Assembly (NCBI RefSeq): GCF_018350175.1
Contig: NC_058375.1
Coordinates: 2,046,001 to 2,110,000, forward strand
Direction: 5' to 3'
Length of the DNA: 64,000 nucleotides
Origin: Felis catus
Lineage: Eukaryota
In this document: positions 29,544-40,499 of the stretch, piece after piece
How positions within the stretch are numbered: position 1 is the stretch's first letter
Layout of the letters: every line of letters starts with the position of its first letter
Made by a program: the position numbers and the translations under genes
The notes under the pieces: model-generated
Databases searched by the model: none
What the model was told of the DNA's origin: nothing
Seen by the model: only the letters and a program-made list of their open reading frames with translations

Positions 29544-31227
29544 CCGTTAGACTCCATTAAGAGGAAACACTTATGCTCTTTAAAAGAAGCTGTTAACTAA
29601 CTGAGAGGGCAACCTGTAGGAGAAAACAGTTGCCAGGCGCGTGTCTAGGAAAGGACTCGCATCCAGAATATAGTAGAAGAAACCTCACAGTTGAGTAACG
29701 TGACTAGCCACCCGATAAAGAAACGAACAGACAAGTCCTACGATAACGGGCATGACAGAGGTCTAATGGCATTAGTCATGAGGACAATGCAAACTAAAAC
29801 CACAGGCAGGGGCGTCTGGGAGGCTCAGGTGGCTGGGTGTCCGACTTCAGCTCAGGTCATGATCTCTGGGTTTGTGAGATCGAGCCCCATGTCGGGCTGT
29901 GTGCCGACAGCTAGGAGCCTGCTTGGGATTCATTCTCTCTCTCTCTCTCTCTCTCTGCCTCTTCCCCACTTGTGCTCTCTATCTCTCTCTCTCTCAAAAT
30001 AAATAAAATTAAAACAAAAAAAACAAAAACCCACAGGGAGACACCACGACACAAGACTGACTACAGCAGAAAACCGCACTGACGCGTGTCGAGGGTCGTG
30101 AGAGTGTAGACACCTGAGCTCTAACCTGGGGGGGCAGCCACGTTAGAGAGCAGTCGGCAGTTTCCTGAAGTGTTCTGCATGCGCCCCCCTGGCACTCCCT
30201 CCTAGGGATTTACCCGAGTCAAATGACGTGTGTCCCAGCAGCTCGTTCCGGATGGCACCCACGGGAAAGCGCCCACGGCCTGCCAGATGGTGGACGGAAA
30301 GCAGATGCCGTGTCCCTGTGCCACGGAATGGCGCCCGGCCACGAGGGACCGCCACCGATACCCTCAGTGACAGCACAGCGCTGAGTGACAGAGGCCAAAC
30401 ACAGAGCCCCCCACGCCACGTGGCCCCACCGACAGAGAATGTGGACAGCAAGCAGGCAGTGGCTATCCGGGAGCAGCGGTGGGCGCGGACGGGGCTGTCC
30501 ACGTCCTGGCTGAGCTGCGCGCCTCAAGGGGTGAATGGTGCTCGTCGGTGGTTTTAACTGGCTTTGTGGACACGTAAGAAAAAGGTTTTCGGCTTAATGT
30601 TTTTGAGGCAGCTATGGGCTGTTTACAACACAGACACTGAAATTTAAGGACACGGGAAGGTGGAAAAGTAGCAGGAGTGAAAAAGAAAAACCACGAGAGC
30701 CACAGGCGAACAGCTGACAAAACAGGTTTGTGAGGCAAAAGGATCCACGAGGGACCACGAACGATGAGTTACAATCAAGGCTCCACTGGCCGTGAAGACA
30801 TAACATCCTCAGTCCGAGCGCAGCTGGTAACAGCACCTCACAAGTACAGTAAACAAACCAACACCGCAAGGGCAACGGGAGGGGGCAGCCCCACAGACAC
30901 CGACACGCTACAAACCCGGGGACGTAAACAGTGTGGCACGGCAAACCGGCGTGCCAACAGCGGAAGAGGAAGGAAAATCGGAAATTTTATGTAAACATAA
31001 AGAAACTCAGTTCTTGATAAACGTCGCTGGGAAAAAGATAGACGTGGATCCCTTCCTCACACCACACAGTCCACAGGAACCCGAAGCGCATATTAATCAA
31101 GTGTGCGAGAGTGTGCATGTGTGTAAAACAAGGTATGAAAGCACTCAACCTCACTAATAGGAAACAAGTAAAACCACAATGCACTTCCTCTGTAGCTCCA
31201 CTGGCCTGGCAGCTACCTATCTATCAC

Positions 31228-31271
<44 letters not shown>

Positions 31272-34200
31272 TTATTTTTGAGAGAGACAGAGACAGAATG
31301 AGAGTGGGTTAGGGGCAGAGAGAGAGGGAGACACAGAATCCGAAGCAGGCTCCAGGGTCCGAGCTGTCAGCACAGAGCCCGACGCGGGGCTCGAACTCAC
31401 AAACTGAGAGATCATGACCCCAGCTGAGGTTGGACGCTCAACCGACGGAGCCACCCCCGTGGCCCTGAAGTTGTTTTTTAAAATTAGATTCATGCTGGGG
31501 CACCTGGCTGGCTCAGCTGGGGAAGTATGTGACTCGTGATCTCTGCGTTGTGAGTTCAAGCCCCACGTTGGATGTAGAGATTACTTAAATAAAAATAAAA
31601 CTTTATGGGCACCTGGGTGGCACAGTCGGTTAAGCGTCTGACTTCAGCCAGGTCACGATCTCGCGGTCTGTGAGTTCGAGCCCCGCGTCTGGCTCTGGGC
31701 TGATGGCTCAGAGCCTGGAGCCTGTTTCCGATTCTGTGTCTCCCTCTCTCTCTGTCCCAAAAATAAATAAACGTTGAAAAAAAAAATTTTTTTAAATAAA
31801 ACTTTAAAAAATAATAATAGTAAATAAACTTAGACTCGTGTTGTCAGGAACTTGAATGAACTTAGAAGGAAATTAGAATTTCACTCATTTTTCTTTTTTT
31901 ATGTTTATTTAATTTTGGGAGAGACAGAGTGCTAGCAGGGGAGGGGCAGAGAGAGAGTGGGGGGTGGGGAGGAGACCGAATCCGAAGCAGGCTCCAGGCT
32001 CTGAGCTGTCAGCACAAAGCCTGACTCGGGGCTCGAACTCACGAACTGTGAGGTTATGACCTGAGCCAAAGTCAGACGCTTAACCGACTGAGCCCCCCAG
32101 GTGCCCCAGGACTGGCAGTCAGTTTAAATCCCGATAAAAAGCTTTGGAAAGTCGAATGCCATCTACTATAAGCAAGTAGTCCCCCAGGCTACCCCCAACA
32201 GGGTGCCTCAATATAGGTCACATACAATATACTCCTGGCACCGTGGCCCCTACCCCCTTGAACACCGGCAGCAGCAGAGGGCAGACGGGTGTGCCGTGAC
32301 TTCCCCTGCGAGGAACAGCAGAGTGAGCCACACCTTCCAGACGGATGAACACCGAGGGCGAAGAGAACCACCCCGGAATACAGAGGACGAACTCGCGTCA
32401 GCAAACTGGAAACAGATGCAAAGCAAGCAACAGTGTATACGCACGTGCACACACACACACACACACACACACGACCCAAAGGAAAGCAAGAACAGGTTAA
32501 CACAGAACGCAGGGTCCGTCCCGCCTCTGTGGGGCATGCAGGCAGCCCTGCTCTGGGCCTTCGGGGGCGGGGGGGGGGGGCACACAGTGCTTCACCCTCG
32601 GGGACCCTGTGCAAAGGGCCTGTCACATTCGTGTACGGGAGGCAGGGAGGCCCTGGCACACGCCCGTCTGGACACTGGATTCTGGCCCCAAGAATTCTAA
32701 TCACGAAGACTGTCGGGTGAGGCCGTATAAACAGTTCAACACGTCTGAAAACTTCCAAATTGCAAATGTCTTTAAAAGGCCAACGTGTGCAGCTCTGGGT
32801 CTCGGTCCACTTTCTGTCTGACTCCGGATTTCAGCTCAGGTCATGATCTCGCGTGAGATCGAGCCTCTCACTGGGCTCTGCACCGAGCATATGGAGCCTG
32901 CTCAAGATTCTCTCTCCCTCCCTCCCTCTCTGTCTGCCCCCAGCCCCACTCTCTCTCAAATGAAAAATGAATGAATGGGGGCGCCTGGGTGGCTCAGTCG
33001 GTTGAGCGTCCGACTTCAGCTCAAGTCATGATCTCGCGGCTCGTGGGTTCGGGCCCCGCATCGGGCTCTGTGCTGACAGCTCGGAGCCTGGAGCCTGGAG
33101 CCTGCTTTGGATTCTGTGTCGTCCTCTCTCTCTGCCCCTAAGCCACTCGCATTCTGTCTGTCTCTCTCAGAAATAAATAAACATTAAAAAAATAAATAAA
33201 ATAAAATAAAATAAAATAAAATAAAATAAAATATGAATGAATGAAAGAAAAGTCACCATGTGCACCGCAAGGAAACCAAGTGCCCTGCGTCCTGCTCAGT
33301 CTCCGACAGCCTGTATGAGCAGACACCACATCAAAAGCGGGTCTTAAACCGTAACAGAAGGTACGTGAAGCCACACGGCCATCTGAGGCGGCCGACTCAG
33401 CCGCCCCCTCATGGCTGGACACAGACCTTCTCCCACATGATGCCAACTTGAAAAAGACCCGATGATGACATCCCACAGGGTCGCCAGGCACCCTCACGGC
33501 TGGGCACAGACACTCGCCCTCGCCACACGCACGCACTGTCCCCTCTGCAGCCTGGGGCGGGGCTCCTGCAGGGCACTGGGCAGCCCAGGCCTGGGGGTTC
33601 GGGCCCACACCCTGGGTCATGACGCCCCCTCAAAAGGCACATCGTTAACGGGATCTGCGCATTTTTCTGTCTTTGAAAACAACACTGCTGACACCAAAGA
33701 CCTTCTACCCCAACACCTTTATATGTGCAAATTCCCTAACTTTGGCGGGGGGGGGGGGGGGGGGGGGAGCCCCAGCGAGGCTCGGACAGGACGCAGCAGT
33801 GACCGGCGGTCACAGGTCAGGCATCTTAAAGATGTAAAGTCGATCGTAGTGAATTCATCTTCTACCCCCGAAGTAAAGGAACTGTTTAATTCTTAAATCC
33901 TGTCATTTAAAACCCACGTTACTTTTCCTTAGATTTGGGCAGAAAGATCATATAACAACCGTGTCGACCTAAGACACACATCTTTCTCCGTCTCTCCCTC
34001 TCTCCCCATATATGTATATACATATCTGAAAGATACACATCGTTCTCCAAAATTCACCCGCCTGACCGCTACCCAGCAATTTCCGGAGAAAGGCGCGAGG
34101 AGTCACCCTCCTCCGCTCGACGACGTGTGCCCGGGGCCTTTGCACTTACGTGGAACTCGGTTGTGTTGAGGATGTGGCGGCCGTCGGGGCTCCAGCAGGA

Positions 34201-37200
34201 GGCCACCAGCCCGGCCGAGCCCTCGTCGATCCTGCAGTGCCACTCCGGCTGCTCCAGGGACCACACCTGGATTCGCAACGGACAGAAACGCAGACCCACA
34301 ACACATGAGCGCACGCGCGTCAAGCTGGAAAACAGCCGGTTCAACGGCACACGGTCAGGACACAGGGCGCGTTTCCACATCCGCCACGAGGCAGGGCTGG
34401 AGCCGGACCGCGGCACAAAAGCCACGCTCCCGGGGGACTTCGCAGTGGTGGTTTTAAAGCCCTTCGCCAGCCCTCCAAGCTCCTTCGGGGAAACTTCAGA
34501 TCTGCTAGAAACGCATCTTCGCGCTTCCCCAAACCCGTGAGGCCCAAGCTTCTAGACAGCTGTCTGCGGACACTTCCTCTTACTGAATTCTACCTGATGA
34601 CACATTAAGGCTACTTAAGTGTTTTCCTGTTTTCAAAGTACTTAAGCTATTAGGGAACCGTTACAATTTTAAGAGGAAACCGGCTTGAGCCGCCTCGCCT
34701 TTTTTCTCAAACGACAAGGGCACAGAAGAGGCTGCTCCTTCCCGGTTACCCTCAGGCAAGAGCCCCTGGCTCGGAGCCCCGCGGGCGGCGCACCTGAACC
34801 TGCCCCCGCTTGTACATGGCGCACAGGATGAAGAGGGAGTCCGCCGACCACTCGATGTGCTGGATCTGGTCCAGGCACGTGTACAGGTGAAGGATCTGGA
34901 GGGTGTGCACATCCCGGACCACTAAGCGGTACTGGACGCAAGAAGCCTAAAAACGGGAAAAAAAAAAAAAAAAAAGCCCTTGATGGTCTAACAGTCTAAG
35001 GGAAGGGAGCTCAGGAGCCGGTGCTCCCCTCCGTCCAGGAATTCTAGCTCCCTCTGTCCTTCCGGATGTGTTTCCTGCCTGGACGGCCTCATGTTCACAG
35101 ACTGTCACCCCCTCTAAGGATAAGGGTTCACGAAAAGACAAGGTTGAAATACACAAACTAGGTGTTGACGTTGCTCCAGGATAAGACATTCTGTTAAAAC
35201 TCTCTACTAGGTCACTTTTTACTTTCTGACTCGCGTCTTAAAAACTAAAGCAGGACACAGCGTGGGACCAGCTCTTCTGTGAACTAAGCCAGCACTCTGC
35301 TGCTTTAACCACCGGCAGACAAGGCACAGGGAGTGCGGACGGGGGCCTCAGGGTCCTTGGTGAGAAGGACCACGGAGACATAAGGACAAGGCAACAGAAA
35401 ATACGTATTTGTCCCTGCCCCCAGGCCCTGGCACAGGACTCCTCGAGTCCTTGAAACGTCCTGGGCGGTAGGAGCGTCTTTTGTTCTAACGAGGCAACTC
35501 TAAGTGGGCTCCTGGCCACCAGAAATAACAGCCATGATTAGAAGCTTGGAATGTTCAGTCCCACTCCCCCTTCTCCAGAGAGGGGAGAAGGGCTAGAAGC
35601 GGAGTTAATAATTCATCACGAGGAATCCTCTGTAAAATGCCAACAGGACAGTGTTCAGAGAGCTCCAGGCCGGTGAACACAGGCACACAGGGCAGGTGAC
35701 GCACCCACCCCCATGGGGACAGCGGCTCCTGCACTCGGGACCCTCCTAGACCTTGTCTTCTGGATCTCTTCGCCTGGCTGTTCACCTGCATCCTCTCTGG
35801 TCTCCTTTAGCACAAGTGTCTGAGTTCTGTGAGCCACGCTGGCAAATCAGCCGAACCCAAGGAGGGGGCTGTGGGAGCCTCTGACTGGTGGCCCAGGCAG
35901 ACGGAGGTTGTGGGGAGCTCGAGGACCCACGGCTCTGGCTGGAATCTGAAGTGGGGGGCACAGGGGCGCGTGGGGGGCACAGCTGGTGAAGCACCCGCCT
36001 TCGGCTCACGTCACGATCTCATGCTTCAGGAGTTCCAGCCCCACATCGGGCTCACTGCTGTCAGCACGGAGCCCGCTGCAGATCCTGCCCCCCCTCTGCC
36101 GCGCCCCTGCTCATGCTCTTTCTCTCTCTCTCAAAAATGAAAAAAAATAAAAAAAATAAACAAGAAAATAAACATTAAAAAAAAATGCAGTGGGTGGGCG
36201 GTCCACCTCGGGTCTCCAGGGGGACAGTGCCAGAATCGAGCTGTGTGGCACCCGCTGGTGTCCTGGGGGCTTGTGTGCTGTGACACACCCCCAGCTCCTG
36301 GCAAACGTGACGGGAAGTGTCAACAGTGCGGCGAGCGTAACAGCAGCAGCGGGACAGCAGAGGCCAGGAGCAGCAGCAGCAGGCTGACGCTTTCTCGACA
36401 CAGGAGGGGACGCAGGGAGGTTTCTCTTTCACTGCGGGGACTTATTCTGAGTACTGACCGTGAAGATGTTTAAGCATTAATCCTGTTTTCTTGAAGAGGC
36501 AGTCTGTGTCCACCTTTGTTAATGATATCCATATCTAAGCAAATTATTTGGGTATACTCCTCTGATTTTAGATTATATTATAGTTTAAAAATCAAGAACT
36601 GGTTTTAAAAAAAAATTTTTTTTAATGTTTATTTAGTTTTGAGAGAGGGAGAGAGGAAGAGAGGGAGAGTGAGCGAGCAGTGGAAGGGCAGAGAGAGAGA
36701 GGAAGATATAGAATCCGAAGCAGCTCCAGGCTCTGAGCTTTCAGCACAGAGCCCAACACTGGGCTCGAACTCATACACCCCGAGATCATGACCTGAGCCA
36801 AAGTCAGAGGCTTAACTGACTGGGCCACCCAGGCACCCCAAGAACTGATTTTTAAATGTTAATTGCTTCATTCTTATCAAGATCACACTCAATTATTGGT
36901 TTGTGTTTTACAAACCTTTTCCTTTCCTTTTCCAAACCTTCCTTTTCCTTTTGAAAAAAACCTCGGGGCGCCTGGGGGGGCTCCTTGTGATCTCATGGTT
37001 TGTGAGGAAGTGTGAGTTCTGTGAGTTTGAGCCGTGGGCTCCATGACGCTGACGAGGAGCCTGCTTGGGATTCTCTCTCTCCCTCTCCCTCCCTCCCCCC
37101 CCTCTCTCTCTCTCTCACCTCTCTCTCACCTCTCTCTGCCCCTCCCCCACTCGTACGCTCTCACTCTCAAAAATAAAGTTTAAAAAACACACCTCATGAG

Positions 37201-38621
37201 TCTTCCTTGTAAAAAGGAGAAGGGGAGGGTAACTTCAGGTGAGAACATGTGTCACATTGTAGCTTTGTCATCAGTTACAATGAGCTCCGTAAGACAGGGA
37301 GCATGTGTCATGGTGTGGAAAAACCATTATCAGATCTGTTGCAAGATATTAAAAACGGCAACACAGACCTACTTTCTTCAGGATTTAGGATAGAGCTTTG
37401 AAGAACAAGACTCCAGTAACACCATATTTCCACCAGGGTGGAGAAGCCAAAAAAAAAAAAAAAAAGCACCACAATGAAGCAAAGGAACATAGTCTCTCTC
37501 TTTATAATTCACTGGAATTTTCATAGACGATTTTTTTAAACAACGAATTTATGGGGAGCACTTCAAAAAATACGCAATGGTTTCTGGGGGTGAACTTGAA
37601 GCTGAAGACATTGTGTATCTCTTAGCAGAATGCTAATTTATGTATTTAGGATAATATCTCCACAAAGGAGTTCCAGTTTCAAAGAGCTGGACAAAGAACA
37701 GGAATGTTCAGGTTCAAACTGAAAAGTCATGAAGCGTCGGTGAGTTAACATACAGAACTAAACAGACACACTTTTTTTTTTTTTTTTTTTTTTTTAACAG
37801 ACACACTTTCTATAAGGCTGATCTTTTCCTGAATGGACTTCCAGTGCCAATCATACCGCCAGGTCCTGAGGATACACACTGATGATGCTGGTGTGTTTCC
37901 TGCACAGACTGGCTCAGCGATTTCAGCAGCATTTGGTTGCCCCCCCCCCCCCCCCCCCCCCCCCCGTGATGAACAGCTCGAATCCCAATCGTTCGAATAA
38001 ACAGCAGTGCGGAGGACTGGACTCATCCGGGCAGAGACTGCTGGTTATTTCAATCGCTTATTTGCCATATGGTGGGGGGCGGGGAGGGCTGGCAGAGACA
38101 AAGTCGCTGCACCAGGTTACAGCCAACAGAACTAGGTATGTCCCCCCATGTGTCAAAATAACAACAACGAGCTGATATCCTCTGTACCCTCAAATGTGTG
38201 ACGACAACACTGCCATTACCTGCCTCTGACAGATGGAAACTGGGGTGTAGGGAGGCTGGCACCTGCCCACGCCCCATTCCCCCGGGGCCCCTGCTTGGGG
38301 CATCTGTCGAGTCCCCAGCCCCGGTGTCCGCCCGGGCCACATGCCCTGGGTCCCCTGCTCCAGGGCGCCTGCCTCGGTGTCCGCCCGGGGCCCCCGTCCG
38401 AGTCCCCAGCCCAGGGTCCCCTGCCTCGGGTGTCAGCCGGGGTCACGTGCCCTGGGTCCCCAGCCTCGGGTGTCAGCCCGGGGCCCCTGCTTGAGGCCCG
38501 CACCGGCGGACCCCCAAGCTGCACCCTCCTCCCGGGCCCCGCGGCCGCTCACCAGGTACTTGCCATCCGGGGAGAACTTGCAGAGCAGGCCGGAGAGCTT
38601 GAACACCTCGGAGAAATTCAT
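15905..38621 (-). CDS. WRAP73: WRAP73 (WD repeat-containing, antisense to TP73; WDR8), whole spliced CDS, 460 aa
   Basis: 12 exons with GT-AG boundaries and consistent phases sum to 1383 nt = 460 aa + TAG. N-terminus [23 protein letters not shown] and WD40-type segments (WSPDG, WSPSS, FSPDS) recognised; divergent from TP73. Confidence 0.97.
16394..16585 (-). CDS. WRAP73: WRAP73 exon 11
   Basis: cag|(D)[14 protein letters not shown]...VQVPGE+G|gtgagc. Confidence 0.95.
17011..17136 (-). CDS. WRAP73: WRAP73 exon 10
   Basis: tag|(Y)[14 protein letters not shown]...YFLATRS+G|gtcagt. Confidence 0.95.
17913..18018 (-). CDS. WRAP73: WRAP73 exon 9
   Basis: cag|[12 protein letters not shown]...PAETK+T|gtgagc. 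Confidence 0.95.
20091..20985 (+). pseudogene. L1 ORF1 remnant (ATA at the expected start position; frameshifts near 20300, 20430, 20843)
   Basis: [10 protein letters not shown]... coiled coil; [15 protein letters not shown] segment; ends LQEILRGTL*. Confidence 0.9.
21160..21395 (+). mobile_element. SINEC_Fc-type CanSINE nested in L1 ORF2 (EN domain)
   Basis: TSD aaaaacaagacc; full head and tail. Confidence 0.93.
23963..24081 (+). mobile_element. CanSINE nested in L1 ORF2 (runs into N-gap)
   Basis: ggggcgcctgggtggctcag head. Confidence 0.9.
25604..25681 (-). CDS. WRAP73: WRAP73 exon 8
   Basis: cag|[26 protein letters not shown]|gtaagt; preceded by a 77-nt intron. Confidence 0.95.
25759..25893 (-). 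CDS. WRAP73: WRAP73 exon 7
   Basis: cag|[11 protein letters not shown]...LAIGSYDGK|gtgaga. Confidence 0.95.
26195..26281 (-). CDS. WRAP73: WRAP73 exon 6
   Basis: aag|[29 protein letters not shown]|gtatgc. Confidence 0.93.
27026..27129 (-). CDS. WRAP73: WRAP73 exon 5
   Basis: cag|(G)[17 protein letters not shown]...DWQLLR|gtaggg. Confidence 0.95.
27445..27660 (-). mobile_element. CanSINE (older)
   Basis: ends ctgagccacgcaggcgcccc. Confidence 0.85.
28371..28443 (-). CDS. WRAP73: WRAP73 exon 4
   Basis: cag|[24 protein letters not shown]+G|gtgagt. Confidence 0.95.
29200..30500 (+). mobile_element. Old L1M-type ORF2/3' fragments, degraded and interrupted by a SINE
   Basis: Remnant motifs tcaatggaacaa..aga..ccggaaacagacc, aaccataaaactt.tagaagaaaac, atgcaaactaaaaccaca. 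Confidence 0.7.
29809..30029 (+). mobile_element. CanSINE
   Basis: head, (CT)n, tail; TSD aaaac(c)cacagg. Confidence 0.88.
31217..31271. repeat. (TATC)n tetranucleotide microsatellite
   Basis: Read directly. Confidence 0.9.
31270..31465 (-). mobile_element. CanSINE with (TATC)n tail
   Basis: Body motifs gacacagaatccgaagcaggctccagg. Confidence 0.88.
31497..31790 (+). mobile_element. Two tandem CanSINEs: short type 31497-31600; SINEC_Fc-type 31607-31790 inserted in its tail
   Basis: Two tRNA-like heads; TSD aaataaaacttta. Confidence 0.85.
31888..32107 (-). mobile_element. CanSINE
   Basis: poly-T tail; ends gagccccccaggtgcccc. Confidence 0.88.
32780..33231 (+). mobile_element. Two tandem CanSINEs: older 32780-32975; younger 32977-33231 with (AAAAT)n tail
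   Basis: Heads and (CT)n; TSD atgaatgaatg. Confidence 0.85.
34150..34266 (-). CDS. WRAP73: WRAP73 exon 3
   Basis: cag|[16 protein letters not shown]...NTTEFH|gtaagt. Confidence 0.95.
34794..34946 (-). CDS. WRAP73: WRAP73 exon 2
   Basis: tag|[12 protein letters not shown]...AMYKRGQVQ|gtgcgc. Confidence 0.95.
35380..36330 (+). mobile_element. MER21-type LTR interrupted by a SINE, in WRAP73 intron 1
   Basis: ctggcacag.actcct, taggagcgtcttttgtt, gaggggagaagggct, ctgagttctgtgagcc..ctggcaaat..gaaccc.aggagggg match MER21 as recalled. Confidence 0.65.
35973..36185 (+). mobile_element. CanSINE (older) within MER21
   Basis: cttcggctcacgtcacgatctc body; A-rich tail. Confidence 0.8.
36615..36839 (-). 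mobile_element. CanSINE
   Basis: TSD aagaactg.tttt. Confidence 0.88.
36965..37186 (+). mobile_element. CanSINE (degenerate)
   Basis: ggggcgcctgggggggctc head, (CT)n, aataaa. Confidence 0.8.
38281..38493. repeat. Degenerate GC-rich minisatellite in WRAP73 intron 1
   Basis: Four copies of cc(t/c)cgg(g)tgtc(c/a)gcc(c)ggg; cccggggcccctgcttg at both ends. Confidence 0.7.
38553..38621 (-). CDS. WRAP73: WRAP73 coding exon 1
   Basis: gccgccATG; [23 protein letters not shown]|gtgagc. Confidence 0.95.
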
Positions 38622-38800
38622 GGCGGCCTCCGACCCCCGGCCCCGGGCGCTCCACTCCAGCCGGGTCTGCGGCAACCGCCAACACCGCGGCCGGAAGTGA
38701 CGGAGGGGGCGGAAGCACCTCGCAGCCTATCAGGGCCCCGGGTGCCCGCGCAGCATTGTGGGGCTTGTAGTTCTCGCGTTCCCGCGCCGCCGCGCTTCTC
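38622..38800 (-). promoter_or_regulatory. WRAP73 5' UTR/core promoter: ETS/GABP CCGGAAGTG 38691-38699, ZNF143/THAP11 SBS-like ACTACAAGCCCCACAATGC 38753-38771 (-)
   Basis: Motif matches immediately upstream of the ATG in CpG-rich sequence. Confidence 0.65.
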
Positions 38801-38827
38801 GCCAGCAGGACGATCCGCCCCCCAGCG

Positions 38828-39204
38828 AGGGTTGACACCGAAAACGCGGGACGCGCGCTCAAGTTGAATTTCAGGCAAACAACGAATCATTTTTGTGGGA
38901 AAATGCTCTCAGATACTGTATGGGACAAACACCAAAAAAGTACCCGCTTATCTGAACTTCAAATGTAAACGGGCATCCTGTGTGTCCGCTTACGTTTGAG
39001 TGTTTATACTTACACGTGAATATGCTTAGATGTAACTACGTTTACGGACACCTACGCGCTTCTATCTAAATACGTAATAGTGTATATACACACGTTGTAT
39101 GTTATACACGGTGAATAAGTACGTGTTATACACGATGAATAAGTTCGTTTTCTGGGTTTTTTTCTTTTCTTTTTTCTTTCTTTTTGGCTGAATTGGGCAA
39201 CCCT
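38828..39204. mobile_element. MER53-like palindromic hAT MITE with an internal AT-rich expansion
   Basis: Termini AGGGTTG...CAACCCT; internal inverted arms ttgaatttcaggcaaacaacgaat / ttatctgaacttcaaatgtaaacgggcatcctgt. Confidence 0.65.
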
Positions 39205-40499
39205 GCCTGCAGGGATGCCCTCGCCTCCCCTCGGGCACTACGCAGATCTGGGGAGAATGCCTTTGGCGTTTGCACCCGCGAGGAGGAGAGGGAGAGCGCA
39301 GGGCGCGACCTGGGACCTGCGCGCGCCTGTGTCAGCGCGGGTTTTGCGCACCTTGCTGGCGCCCCAGCGAGTGCCTTGTCCTCTCGCCCTCTGGGAACCC
39401 CTGGTCCTCTTCCCCCGAAGGAGGCTTGCCCCATGACCCGACCAGGCCCTGCCTGCCAGAGCCTCCGCAGTCTACCGGGGCCGGCGGACCCAGACACTCA
39501 CTCTCGCCCCTCCCTTCTGAGAACCCAGACCCAGCCTGGGCCCTCCTCACACCTCTGTGCTCACAGCCCCCGGCCTGCAGCCTGCCGACGTCCCCCGCCA
39601 CGCAGGGGATGCGTGCACGCGTCCAGCTAGGCGGTACCACAGCTCCATCCGTCTTTGTGTCTCCAGCCCCCGCGAATCTAAACCAGTGGGTGAGCAATAA
39701 AGGTGTGTGGAAGTGAGCCAGGTCCGCCAGGTGAACGCGGACCCAGGCGGCCAGAGAACCCAGTTTGCGCCAGCCCGGCTCGTACGCAGTTCCACAGGCG
39801 ACACTGACACGAGGGTCACGCGAGCCTGGGGACGCCGGTTCGGAGGCCGATAACGGGTCCCGAGAGCACCGGAACGCAGTTCACGGCAGGTGCACGCCGC
39901 GAGAGCCTTTCCAAACGTGTCCTGCGGGTCGGGTCCTCTGGCCAAGGACCCGCCCAGAGTGGGTCCAGACCCGTGGAGCCGTGGGTGACACCGGTCCGAG
40001 GGAAGACTCGGCCCAAGGCCGGTGTCTGAACGTAGAGAGCAATTCCGAGTGCACGATCCACGTGTCGCCGTGGACGCCCACGCGCACCTGCGCGAAGAAG
40101 AGAAACCAGCGCTGGGGGGCGGCAGGCGGCGGCCAGAGGAGGGAGGGAGCAGGGTGCGCGCCGCGACCTGGGAGTGTTTGCGTCACCAGATCCTCCCCAG
40201 GGGCCAAGGGACACAACCTCCGCCCAGGATGAGTGTGGGCTGGGGCCAGACAGTCGTTCCCAGAGGGTCCCCGCGGATCCGCAATGCCGAGCGGGGCCGG
40301 GGAGCGGCCGTGACCTCGGCTCGGTGTCAGTATAGATGGCGCGCCCTCCTCAGAGTCTCACTGGAGCCCCACGGGCGCAAACGGCCCCACCCAATCCCCT
40401 CGCCCTGGGACCGCGCCCCTCACCCCTGCTCCCGGCAGCGAGGGCGGACACTCCGCGGACCAGGACGGCTCTTCCCCTGCTCCCGGGGGTCTGAGCGCC

